Origin: Gammaproteobacteria bacterium
Lineage (GTDB): Bacteria; Pseudomonadota; Gammaproteobacteria; Francisellales; Francisellaceae
Assembly (NCBI GenBank): GCA_963582935.1
Contig: CAUZSH010000001.1
Location: 9,880-73,879, forward strand
DNA: 64,000 nucleotides
Reading direction: 5' to 3'
A program made the translations under genes and the position numbers. Every line of letters starts with the position of its first letter. Positions within the stretch are counted from its first letter, which is position 1. Positions 56,022 through 64,000 of this stretch are shown piece by piece. Under the pieces are notes generated by a model. That model was not told the origin of the DNA. It worked only from the letters and a program-made list of their open reading frames with translations, and ran no database searches.

Positions 56022-58334
56022 ATGAGCAAAAATTTGGTCATTGTGGAATCGCCCGCCAAATCAAAGACAATTAAAAAATATCTTGGCAAAGATTTTGAAG
56101 TACTTGCTTCTTACGGACATGTACGAGATCTTGTTTCCAAAGATGGTTCTGTTGACCCCGACAAAAATTTTGCGATGAAGTACAAAAATATTGAACGCAA
56201 TAAGAAACATATTGATGCCATTAAAGCTGCTGCAAAAAAAGCAGACACCATCTATCTTGCTGCCGATCCAGATAGAGAGGGAGAAGCTATTTCATGGAAT
56301 GTGCTAGAAATATTAAAGCGCTCTCGCATCCTTAAAGATAAAGCAGTTAAACGTATTGCATTTAATGAAATCACCAAATCAGCCGTGACCTATGCCGTCG
56401 AAAACCCTCGTGAAATTTCCATGGATCTCGTCAATGCACAGCAAGCTCGCCTTGCACTGGACTACTTGGTCGGATTTAACTTATCTCCCGTACTGTGGAA
56501 AAAAATCCGTTACGGCTTATCTGCAGGACGCGTACAATCACCTGCTCTACGCCTCATCGTTGAAAGGGAAGAAGAAATTGAAGCCTTTAAGGTAAAAGAA
56601 TACTGGAGCATTCACGCAGATCTGAAAGAGAAAAGAAGAACTTTCTCTGCAAAACTTCATACCTACAATGGTGAAAAGCTAAATCAGTTTGATCTTAATA
56701 ATGAAGCAGATGCACAAAATGCCGTTAATGTCATCATCAAGGATGCCGATGGTGAGCTGATCGTTTCAAAAATAGACAAGAAACAAAAAAGACGAAACCC
56801 AGCTGCCCCTTTCATTACCTCAACACTCCAACAAGAAGCTGCCCGTAAAGATGGGTTTACAGCGAAAAAAACCATGATGGTCGCACAGCAATTATATGAA
56901 GGGATTAATTTGGGCAGTGAAGCAGTAGGCTTGATTACTTATATGCGAACAGATTCCGTGAATCTTTCTCAAGACGCCATTACTGAAATTCGCAGTTTTA
57001 TTACCAAGGAGTACGGTGCAAATAACGTGCCAAAATCTCCTCGCATTTATAAAACGAAATCAAAGAACGCTCAGGAAGCGCATGAGGCTATTCGCCCTTC
57101 TTCCGTTTTACGGAAACCGATTGATATTAAATCACATTTAACTGCTGACCAATTAAAGCTCTATACCGTTATTTGGAAGCGCGCTGTGGCATCACAAATG
57201 ATACATGCCACAATGGATACCGTCTCTATTGACCTTATTACAGAAAATGAAAAGCATCTTTTTAAAGCCTCAGGTTCTGTGATTAAAAACCCTGGATTTT
57301 TGAGCCTCTATCAAGAAACGGTGGATGAAGATAAAAAAGATTCCGATGATGAAAATAGCAAACAGCTACCGGTACTAGAAGAAAAACAAAAAGTCAAAGT
57401 ATCTGATATTTTACCAAAACAGCATTTTACTGAGCCACCACCACGCTATTCTGAGGCATCTTTAGTGAAATCACTGGAAGAGCTTGGCATTGGCCGCCCT
57501 TCCACCTACGCCTCTATTATTTCAACGCTTCAAGCCCGAGAATATGTAGAGTTAATTACCAAACGTTTTCATCCAACAGATGTGGGACGTGTTGTGAGCA
57601 AATTCCTGACTGAATTCTTTACGAAATATGTGGAATATACTTTTACCTCAAAGCTTGAAGATGAGCTTGATGCGGTGTCAAATGGCAAAAAAGAATGGCT
57701 TAAAGTTATGGAAAACTTTTGGAAACCTTTCCACACACTTGTTGAAAAAGTAGATGGAAGTGTCAAGAAAAGTGACGTTACCAGCGAAAAATTAGATGAG
57801 GAGTGCCCTGAGTGTAAAAACCCACTCAACATTAAACTCGGGCGACGAGGAAAATTCATTGCTTGCACTAATTATCCTGAGTGTAAATTTACCCGCGCGA
57901 TTAAGTCAGATGGTGCGGAAGATGAAAAAGCAGAACCTGAAGTCGTTCAAGACTGCAAATGCCCTGCCTGTGAATCTGATCTACATATTAAACAAGGGCG
58001 TTATGGCAAATTTATTGGCTGCTCAAATTATCCCACTTGTAAGCATATGGAGCCTTTAGTCAAACCCATAGATACGGGTGTGCAATGCCCTCAGTGTAAG
58101 TCACATAATATCATGGAGAAAAAATCACGTAAGGGTAAAACTTTCTTTGCCTGTGCTGGCTGGCCAAAGTGTAAATACCCACTGTGGTATAGACCTCTAG
58201 CAGAACAATGCCCTAAATGTGATTGGCCTATTTTAATGCATAAAAACACCAAGAAATTTGGTGAACAAAAAGTATGCCCTCAGGAAGACTGTGACTATAG
58301 TTTAGACTTGGAGAAGAAAGAGGAGTCGAAATAA
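56022..58334 (+). CDS. topA: DNA topoisomerase I
   Basis: 770 aa. Toprim LVIVESPAKSKTI, active-site Tyr region GLITYMRTDS, and four C-terminal Cys4 zinc ribbons. Confidence 0.96.
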   Translation: MSKNLVIVESPAKSKTIKKYLGKDFEVLASYGHVRDLVSKDGSVDPDKNFAMKYKNIERNKKHIDAIKAAAKKADTIYLAADPDREGEAISWNVLEILKRSRILKDKAVKRIAFNEITKSAVTYAVENPREISMDLVNAQQARLALDYLVGFNLSPVLWKKIRYGLSAGRVQSPALRLIVEREEEIEAFKVKEYWSIHADLKEKRRTFSAKLHTYNGEKLNQFDLNNEADAQNAVNVIIKDADGELIVSKIDKKQKRRNPAAPFITSTLQQEAARKDGFTAKKTMMVAQQLYEGINLGSEAVGLITYMRTDSVNLSQDAITEIRSFITKEYGANNVPKSPRIYKTKSKNAQEAHEAIRPSSVLRKPIDIKSHLTADQLKLYTVIWKRAVASQMIHATMDTVSIDLITENEKHLFKASGSVIKNPGFLSLYQETVDEDKKDSDDENSKQLPVLEEKQKVKVSDILPKQHFTEPPPRYSEASLVKSLEELGIGRPSTYASIISTLQAREYVELITKRFHPTDVGRVVSKFLTEFFTKYVEYTFTSKLEDELDAVSNGKKEWLKVMENFWKPFHTLVEKVDGSVKKSDVTSEKLDEECPECKNPLNIKLGRRGKFIACTNYPECKFTRAIKSDGAEDEKAEPEVVQDCKCPACESDLHIKQGRYGKFIGCSNYPTCKHMEPLVKPIDTGVQCPQCKSHNIMEKKSRKGKTFFACAGWPKCKYPLWYRPLAEQCPKCDWPILMHKNTKKFGEQKVCPQEDCDYSLDLEKKEESK

Positions 58335-58377
58335 AAGATTTCAAAATCACATCATTATAAATAATCGGGAGAAAGAA

Positions 58378-58779
58378 ATGTATTCACAGTCAATGAGCAT
58401 AAAAGAAGAACATATTGATTTTCAAGGAATCTTAGATGGTTTGTATTATCCATTTTATATGGAAACAGTTCGACATGACTTTATGCGAGACGTCTATGGT
58501 ATCGACATTGTAGAAGCTGCTAAAAATGGAAACCTATATGTCTTAGCGTCCTTTGAATTAAAATTTAAACGGTCGTTGAAACAAGATGAGAAAATCGAAG
58601 TTACATGTGAATTTAAACCTATAAGTGCCATTAAGTTTGGTTTCCACCAGAAGATTATTTGTGATGGCAAAGTCTGTGCCGAAGCTGACTTTATTGCAAC
58701 ATGCGTTCCTGCAGCTGGAGGTCGCCCATTTATTCCAGAGGAAGTAAAACAAGCATTACTGGATCTTGGCTCTAATTAA
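58378..58779 (+). CDS. Hotdog-fold acyl-CoA thioesterase (4HBT/YbgC-like)
   Basis: 133 aa. The N-terminal [24 protein letters not shown] matches the 4HBT catalytic region pattern. Confidence 0.7.
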   Translation: MYSQSMSIKEEHIDFQGILDGLYYPFYMETVRHDFMRDVYGIDIVEAAKNGNLYVLASFELKFKRSLKQDEKIEVTCEFKPISAIKFGFHQKIICDGKVCAEADFIATCVPAAGGRPFIPEEVKQALLDLGSN

Positions 58780-60647
58780 GAATCCAGCTTACTCAAAATC
58801 CCTTCTTTTGAAATCCCCACATCTGCCAGCATATCACCATGAACCCCATGATCTTGATAATAGTCTGGCAAACCAATATTTCTCACCTTCAAGTTTTGAA
58901 GTAAATCATTTTCAATTAGAAACTCATTTACCGCAGAACCTGCACCCCCTTTAACCGCATTTTCTTCAATAGTAATAAGACATCGATGTGATTTCGCTAT
59001 CTCAGAAATTAAAGCTTCATCCAATGGTTTCACAAAACGCATGTCCACCACCGTCGCATTTATTTCCTTCGCGGCTTCCAAGGCATATTTCAAAACCGTG
59101 CCAAAAGCAAGAATCGCAACGCTTTCGCCTTGGCGCACAACTCGCCCTTTCCCAAGCTGTAAGTCCAACTCGGAAGACACCTCTGCGCCCACACCCACAC
59201 CACGTGGATAACGAACCGCTGCAGGGCCTTGATGAGCATATCCCAGCTCAAACATATGATAGCACTCATTTTCGTCACTCGGCGTCATGACAAGCGTGTT
59301 AGGCAGGCATCTCATAAAACTTAAGTCAAAGCTTCCCGCATGGGTGGGCCCATCTGCGCCCACAAGACCTGCTCGATCAATGGCATACAGAACATCCAAA
59401 TTTTGGATGCTCACATCATGAATTACTTGATCATAAGCACGTTGCAAAAAAGTGGAGTATATTGCAACCACAGGTTTATAGCCCTCACACGCCATGCCTG
59501 CGGCTAAAGTCACGGCATGTTGCTCAGCAATCGCCGCATCAAAATAACGCTCTGGGAACTCTTTTGAAAATTGAACAAGATCAGAACCTTCTCTCATCGC
59601 TGGCGTAATCCCAACTAATTTTGCATCTTTTTTTGCTCGATCACACATCCAACGACCAAAGATATTTGAAAAAGTGGGTTTGGGCTTATCTGATGCTATC
59701 TTTATCTCTGCGGTATGGAATTTTGGGCCCACATGATGAAACTTAATTGGATCACTTTCAGCAAGCGCATACCCTTTGCCTTTTTTCGTCACAATATGCA
59801 ATAAACGAGGGCCTTTATGCGTTTTAAGGTTTTCCATTGCTTCAACGAGCACCTCAATATCATGCCCATCAACAGGACCCACATAGTAAAACCCCAAGGC
59901 TTCAAAAAGATTCCCAGGCATAATCATGCCTTTTGCTTGTGCTTCAAACTTTTTAGCAAGCTCCCATGCTGCTGGCAATTTCTTTAAAAATTTCTTACTC
60001 CCTTCACGCAAGCTCGTATAAACAGATCCCGATAGCATTTTGGCAAAATAATTACTCAGTGCACCCACATTTTCAGAAATTGACATATCATTATCATTCA
60101 GCACCACCAACATATCTGAATGCATACCACCAGCATGGTTTAAGGCTTCAAATGCCATTCCACCTGTCATCGCGCCATCACCGATGACCGCAACAGTACG
60201 ACGGTCTTCTTTCTTTAACTTAATGGCTTCACTCATCCCTAAAGCCGCACTAATCGATGTGCTAGAGTGTCCTACACCAAATGTATCATACTCACTTTCT
60301 GAACGTCGAGGAAAGCCAGAAATGCATCCTGGTTTTTTGATTGTATTAAGTTGATCTTTTCTACCCGTTAAAATTTTATGGATATAGGCCTGATGCCCCA
60401 CATCCCAAACGATATTATCACTAGGCGTATCATAAACGTAATGCAAGGAAATTGATAACTCTAAAGCACCTAAACTACTCGCAAAATGACCACCAGAGAC
60501 ATCCAGAGAATTCACCAAAAACGCTCTAATTTCCTTTGCTAACTCAGGCAATTTATCTTTTGGAAGTTTTTTCAAATCATCTGGATAACATATTTTATCC
60601 AATAATGGATAACTCTTTGATGTGCTTTTGGTTTGCGTTGACCCCAT
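58776..60647 (-). CDS. dxs: 1-deoxy-D-xylulose-5-phosphate synthase
   Basis: 623 aa. GGHFASSLG, and the TPP-binding [18 protein letters not shown]. Confidence 0.96.
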   Translation of the reverse strand: MGSTQTKSTSKSYPLLDKICYPDDLKKLPKDKLPELAKEIRAFLVNSLDVSGGHFASSLGALELSISLHYVYDTPSDNIVWDVGHQAYIHKILTGRKDQLNTIKKPGCISGFPRRSESEYDTFGVGHSSTSISAALGMSEAIKLKKEDRRTVAVIGDGAMTGGMAFEALNHAGGMHSDMLVVLNDNDMSISENVGALSNYFAKMLSGSVYTSLREGSKKFLKKLPAAWELAKKFEAQAKGMIMPGNLFEALGFYYVGPVDGHDIEVLVEAMENLKTHKGPRLLHIVTKKGKGYALAESDPIKFHHVGPKFHTAEIKIASDKPKPTFSNIFGRWMCDRAKKDAKLVGITPAMREGSDLVQFSKEFPERYFDAAIAEQHAVTLAAGMACEGYKPVVAIYSTFLQRAYDQVIHDVSIQNLDVLYAIDRAGLVGADGPTHAGSFDLSFMRCLPNTLVMTPSDENECYHMFELGYAHQGPAAVRYPRGVGVGAEVSSELDLQLGKGRVVRQGESVAILAFGTVLKYALEAAKEINATVVDMRFVKPLDEALISEIAKSHRCLITIEENAVKGGAGSAVNEFLIENDLLQNLKVRNIGLPDYYQDHGVHGDMLADVGISKEGILSKLDS

Positions 60648-60749
60648 TACTTATGTGAATCCTAAAATCAATACTGTTGGCTATTATCCTCTTATGAATG
60701 CATTTACACAAGCCTAAGATTTACCGTTTATTTTTCAGGCAAATAAACT

Positions 60750-61361
60750 CTAGTGGTATTTCTCAAAATTCAAGCCATCATATAATTCAAAACTTAAATC
60801 TTTTCCGAATGAGGCCTGTTCTGGGCGCATATTTACCATCACACTGGATATGGACTTAAACTCAGAGCTCAACTTACAATAAAGCGCACTAAGCGATGGC
60901 ATGATCAGTGATAAGCTTTCCATTAATTGAGCATAAGCGGTTCGCCCTAGGTCAATAAAATAATGGCTTGATACTTGTTTTTTCATGGCTCTATGTGGGA
61001 AAAGCCCCGCATGAATCAAGCATTGATCTGCCACAATCTGCATTTTGGTATTCTGGTTTTTCTCGGGCAACTCCAATGCTTTTAGATACTCTAAGCTTAA
61101 AATAACTTCTGCTAAATTTGTACGGCACATATGACGCATCAACATCATGACTACATAGGCCTCCACCTCATGATCCAAAACGATCTTGGCATCTTTTTGT
61201 GCCAATAAAATCAGCTCATGCCAGTGTGCAGCTTGTGTTTGATGTGTAATAATATTTGCCATATAGCCCACTATCTCCTGTAAGAATAAATATTGCTTCT
61301 TACTGTATAAGTATGGCTTAAATTTTTGAGAGTGCAAAATCTGAAAGAGATTGTCCTTCAA
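60750..61361 (-). CDS. Hypothetical helical protein
   Basis: 203-aa ORF overlapping the GNAT gene by 44 nt. An internal ATG at 61262 (MANIITHQ...) would remove the overlap. No recognisable motif. Confidence 0.5.
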   Translation of the reverse strand: MKDNLFQILHSQKFKPYLYSKKQYLFLQEIVGYMANIITHQTQAAHWHELILLAQKDAKIVLDHEVEAYVVMMLMRHMCRTNLAEVILSLEYLKALELPEKNQNTKMQIVADQCLIHAGLFPHRAMKKQVSSHYFIDLGRTAYAQLMESLSLIMPSLSALYCKLSSEFKSISSVMVNMRPEQASFGKDLSFELYDGLNFEKYH

Positions 61362-61818
61362 GACGATAACCTATCCACTCACTTTGAGCTATTGCACCGA
61401 TAGACTCATAGAATTTTATTACTGGCTCATTCCAGTCTAGAACGCTCCATTCAAACCTTCCATAATTGTTTTCAACGGCTATTTCAGCCAAATATTTTAG
61501 AAGTCTCTTTCCTGCCCCTGCACCGCGATAATTTGGAGATATATATAGGTCTTCCAAATACAACCCATTTTTACCAAGCCAAGTAGAGAAGTTTAAAAAA
61601 TATACGGCAAGACCAATCTGTTTATTATCAGAAGTACAAATTACAGCTTTAGTCGTTGCGTTTTTACAGAATAAATTGTTTTCGATATCTTCAACTGTTG
61701 CAATAACTTCATCTTCTGCTTTTTCAAATATTGCAAGCTCTTTGGTAAATCCCAAGATTAAACTTGCGTCTTCAATTATAATACTCCATGAAATACTAAC
61801 AAGATTTTCTGAATACAA
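61318..61818 (-). CDS. GNAT-family N-acetyltransferase (diamine/SSAT-like)
   Basis: 166 aa. The acetyl-CoA pocket YRGAGAGKRLL and the segment LEDLYISP...RFEWSVLDWNEPVIKFYESIGA resemble SSAT-like GNATs. TTG start. Confidence 0.8.
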   Translation of the reverse strand: MYSENLVSISWSIIIEDASLILGFTKELAIFEKAEDEVIATVEDIENNLFCKNATTKAVICTSDNKQIGLAVYFLNFSTWLGKNGLYLEDLYISPNYRGAGAGKRLLKYLAEIAVENNYGRFEWSVLDWNEPVIKFYESIGAIAQSEWIGYRLEGQSLSDFALSKI

Positions 61819-61903
61819 GTTCCGATAAAGTGCTTAAAATAGTGAGAACAGAATTGTATAAATGAACTATATACCTAAACCAACGTTGCACATAAGGAAT
61901 AAA

Positions 61904-62989
61904 ATGAAAAAACCAATACTAATAATAACACTTTTGCTTGCAGCAATATCTTTATGTGGTTGTTTTGATAAACACAATGGGGATCAAACAATAGACTCTT
62001 TTAAAGGGCATAATTATATACCTAAAATGCAAAAAGAGATTTATTTTTCTTATCTTAAAGGAATCAATAAAATTTCAGAAACACAATATATTATTTTAAA
62101 TAACAAAATTAATTTTTCTAAAATGTTTACAGCCAACGAGTTTCAATCTAAAACTCTATTAGATTCATATGTTAAAAAAAGCATGGAATCAACTTTGAAT
62201 TCTATAAAAAAATCACCTAAAACATTTAGTTATACAATAAAATTTCTAGTTGATGCTAGAAAATATGATTTCAAACAAAAAGGATTTAGAGTTGAAGGTT
62301 TACATGCCAATGAACTAGATAGTTTTATCCAATATAATGATGATTACAAATTTAAAGATTTCCCATTATATAAAGGAGCATTTCTTTATCTCGATCCATT
62401 AAACATAACATCATATGAACTGCGTATGGCTCGTTTTTATATGCCATATTTATCCTCTCTACAAAGGTCATTCGAGAATTTGGATTATGAAGAAATAAAA
62501 CAATATAACATATCACATAAAAAAGATAAGTTTCCTATAGAAGTAGGTGCAGGTGAAACTTATATTAGCTATATTCCAGATCATGGCTACGTACATGTTT
62601 ATGATAAAGACGTTACCCCAATAACAACTGCACCTTTAATAATATGGAACATAAGCCCATTATTTAAAGACAAATATATTACTGGAATGAACGGAGCAGA
62701 AACCGTATATATTCCAATGAATGAGCAAAAATCTTCTAAAATAATTGGTAAAAGTAAATCACTAATTAGATTTTTTAATTCTCAAATCAAAATTACTTTA
62801 AACCCATCTAAAGATTGCTTTTCAATTGATAAACTATATAACCCTGTGTCTAACAAATATATAAAAATAGCCCGTGATATAGGCTATGATCCAGAATATA
62901 ATCACACTTTCTTTAATGGTGGCTCATATCAAATTGTTTGCAGTCCGCATTTCTCAAAGACTGAGATCCAGAATATGATCACACTTTAA
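61904..62989 (+). CDS. Hypothetical lipoprotein (AT-rich orphan)
   Basis: Signal peptide with lipobox MKKPILIITLLLAAISLCGC. About 361 aa, rich in Lys, Asn, Ile and Tyr. Local GC is very low. Confidence 0.6.
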   Translation: MKKPILIITLLLAAISLCGCFDKHNGDQTIDSFKGHNYIPKMQKEIYFSYLKGINKISETQYIILNNKINFSKMFTANEFQSKTLLDSYVKKSMESTLNSIKKSPKTFSYTIKFLVDARKYDFKQKGFRVEGLHANELDSFIQYNDDYKFKDFPLYKGAFLYLDPLNITSYELRMARFYMPYLSSLQRSFENLDYEEIKQYNISHKKDKFPIEVGAGETYISYIPDHGYVHVYDKDVTPITTAPLIIWNISPLFKDKYITGMNGAETVYIPMNEQKSSKIIGKSKSLIRFFNSQIKITLNPSKDCFSIDKLYNPVSNKYIKIARDIGYDPEYNHTFFNGGSYQIVCSPHFSKTEIQNMITL

Positions 62990-63346
62990 ATGTGTACTTT
63001 TGATTTGGCACTTTATACCTATATTTCTGGGTGGACAAGTGTCCCAAATTCTAGGAGTAGGTCAATAGGTGATGTGGCTCATACTGGTACACCAACAACC
63101 AAAAAAGATAATGATAAACCGGCACTTAGACCAATTAGGCATATAGAATACCAAATGGCCACGGTGGATAATCTTAAAAAATGGTATGACTATTATGGTT
63201 TGGATTTAGAAGTCTGTACAGATCAGAACACTGACGTGCTTGGCTTGGTTTTAGATTATCTAAAACCAAATCATAAAATAATCAAGAAACTTTGTATTAA
63301 AATAATATATTGGCTAATATACAGCTTTGTGTTTATTCGAATTTAA
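62990..63346 (+). CDS. Hypothetical ORF (weak)
   Basis: 118-aa ORF whose ATG overlaps the preceding stop (TAAATG). The C-terminus is hydrophobic. There is no motif support. Confidence 0.3.
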   Translation: MCTFDLALYTYISGWTSVPNSRSRSIGDVAHTGTPTTKKDNDKPALRPIRHIEYQMATVDNLKKWYDYYGLDLEVCTDQNTDVLGLVLDYLKPNHKIIKKLCIKIIYWLIYSFVFIRI

Positions 63347-63376
63347 TATGAAGATTACCATTTATATAGGATTAAA

Positions 63377-64000
63377 ATGTTTTCATCATTGAAGCGTATG
63401 CCTTCTTCTATTTATATTGTATTGTTTGGGTCTTTAGCAACTCGAACAATATATTTTATGTTATGGCCATTTATGGCGATTATATTTTATCAGAAGTTTG
63501 ATTTATCGATTATTATGACAGGCACGATTTTAGGCATAGCAACTTTGTTGTCTATTACTTTTAGCGTTTATAGTGGCAATTTATCAGATAAAATCGGTAG
63601 AAGACCCATCTTGATTACTGGTCTATTGATTGTGTTCTTTAGTTTTATCCCCCTAATTTTTCTGCAGAGTTTCCCCTTTTATTTGGTACTTTCGGTAGGT
63701 GTATCGATAGGCAAAGGACTTATTGAGACCGTATTTAAAGCAATAATTTCAGACGGTATTCAAGATGCTGAAATTAAAAAACAAGCATTTTATTGGCAGT
63801 ATTTTTGTATAAATATTGGTGGTGCAGTTGGGCCTTTGCTAGGTGTTAGCTTCACATTATATTTCCCAAGAATAACATTTACAGTGTTAGCAATAATTTA
63901 TCTAATCTATTTAGTAATATGTTTTCGTGCATTTAACCAAGAGCGTAAAAAACTTTCTGGTGACCATTACTCACTTATAAGATCTCTATCAATTATAAAA
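63377..64000 (+). CDS. MFS transporter, 3'-truncated by the window edge
   Basis: An open frame runs from the ATG at 63377 to the window end (208 codons, translated by hand). It has multiple TM segments and MFS motif A GNLSDKIGRRPIL between TM2 and TM3. Confidence 0.75.
   Translation, partial: MFSSLKRMPSSIYIVLFGSLATRTIYFMLWPFMAIIFYQKFDLSIIMTGTILGIATLLSITFSVYSGNLSDKIGRRPILITGLLIVFFSFIPLIFLQSFPFYLVLSVGVSIGKGLIETVFKAIISDGIQDAEIKKQAFYWQYFCINIGGAVGPLLGVSFTLYFPRITFTVLAIIYLIYLVICFRAFNQERKKLSGDHYSLIRSLSIIK

Noticed and set aside
61318-61818. The GNAT gene, considered as a TacT/KacT-type toxin of a type II TA system.
   Set aside because: There is no upstream RHH/DUF1778 antitoxin. The sequence resembles SSAT-like diamine acetyltransferases, and the partner ORF is downstream and much larger than known antitoxins.

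Overview
A 64-kb chromosomal window from a low-GC (roughly 35-40% by eye) gammaproteobacterium. I cannot assign a genus from the sequence alone. The scrambled operon order and several host-interaction-type proteins are reminiscent of Thiotrichales or Legionellales-like lineages. The window is densely coded (about 60 genes), and most of it is core housekeeping. Core content includes obg, the complete F1Fo ATP synthase operon atpIBEFHAGDC, tRNA-Thr(UGU) and tRNA-Asp(GUC), dnaX, rpsA, ligA, and the giant NAD-specific glutamate dehydrogenase. It also includes truA, bamD/rluD, plsY, hldD-waaA-ispA, ung, pilD-glnD, anmK, pilMNOPQ-aroK-aroB, gnd, topA and dxs. I see no CRISPR array, no transposase, integrase or phage genes, and no recognisable multi-gene defence-island hallmarks. 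I therefore cannot point to a clear-cut new multi-gene system. The observations most worth a second look are listed here. (1) A 1118-aa secreted chitinase carries three chitin-binding modules plus both a GH18 and a GH19 catalytic domain, joined by two near-perfect tandem DNA repeats. (2) A 609-aa fusion joins a divergent MTAP-like nucleoside phosphorylase domain to an HSL-family esterase; it is co-oriented with a rare bacterial acyl-CoA-binding protein and an unknown ORF. (3) A prokaryotic pentameric ligand-gated ion channel homologue sits next to the tRNA pair. (4) Two about 113-bp structured direct repeats lie between ligA and a frameshifted 2OG-Fe(II) oxygenase. (5) An E. coli-type A_AAA_AAG recoding heptamer lies in frame in dnaX. 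(6) A hexanucleotide microsatellite is embedded in gnd. (7) A very AT-rich islet of unknown lipoprotein and orphan ORFs occupies the right end. All functional calls are by-eye motif recognition on the supplied translations; no database search was run.
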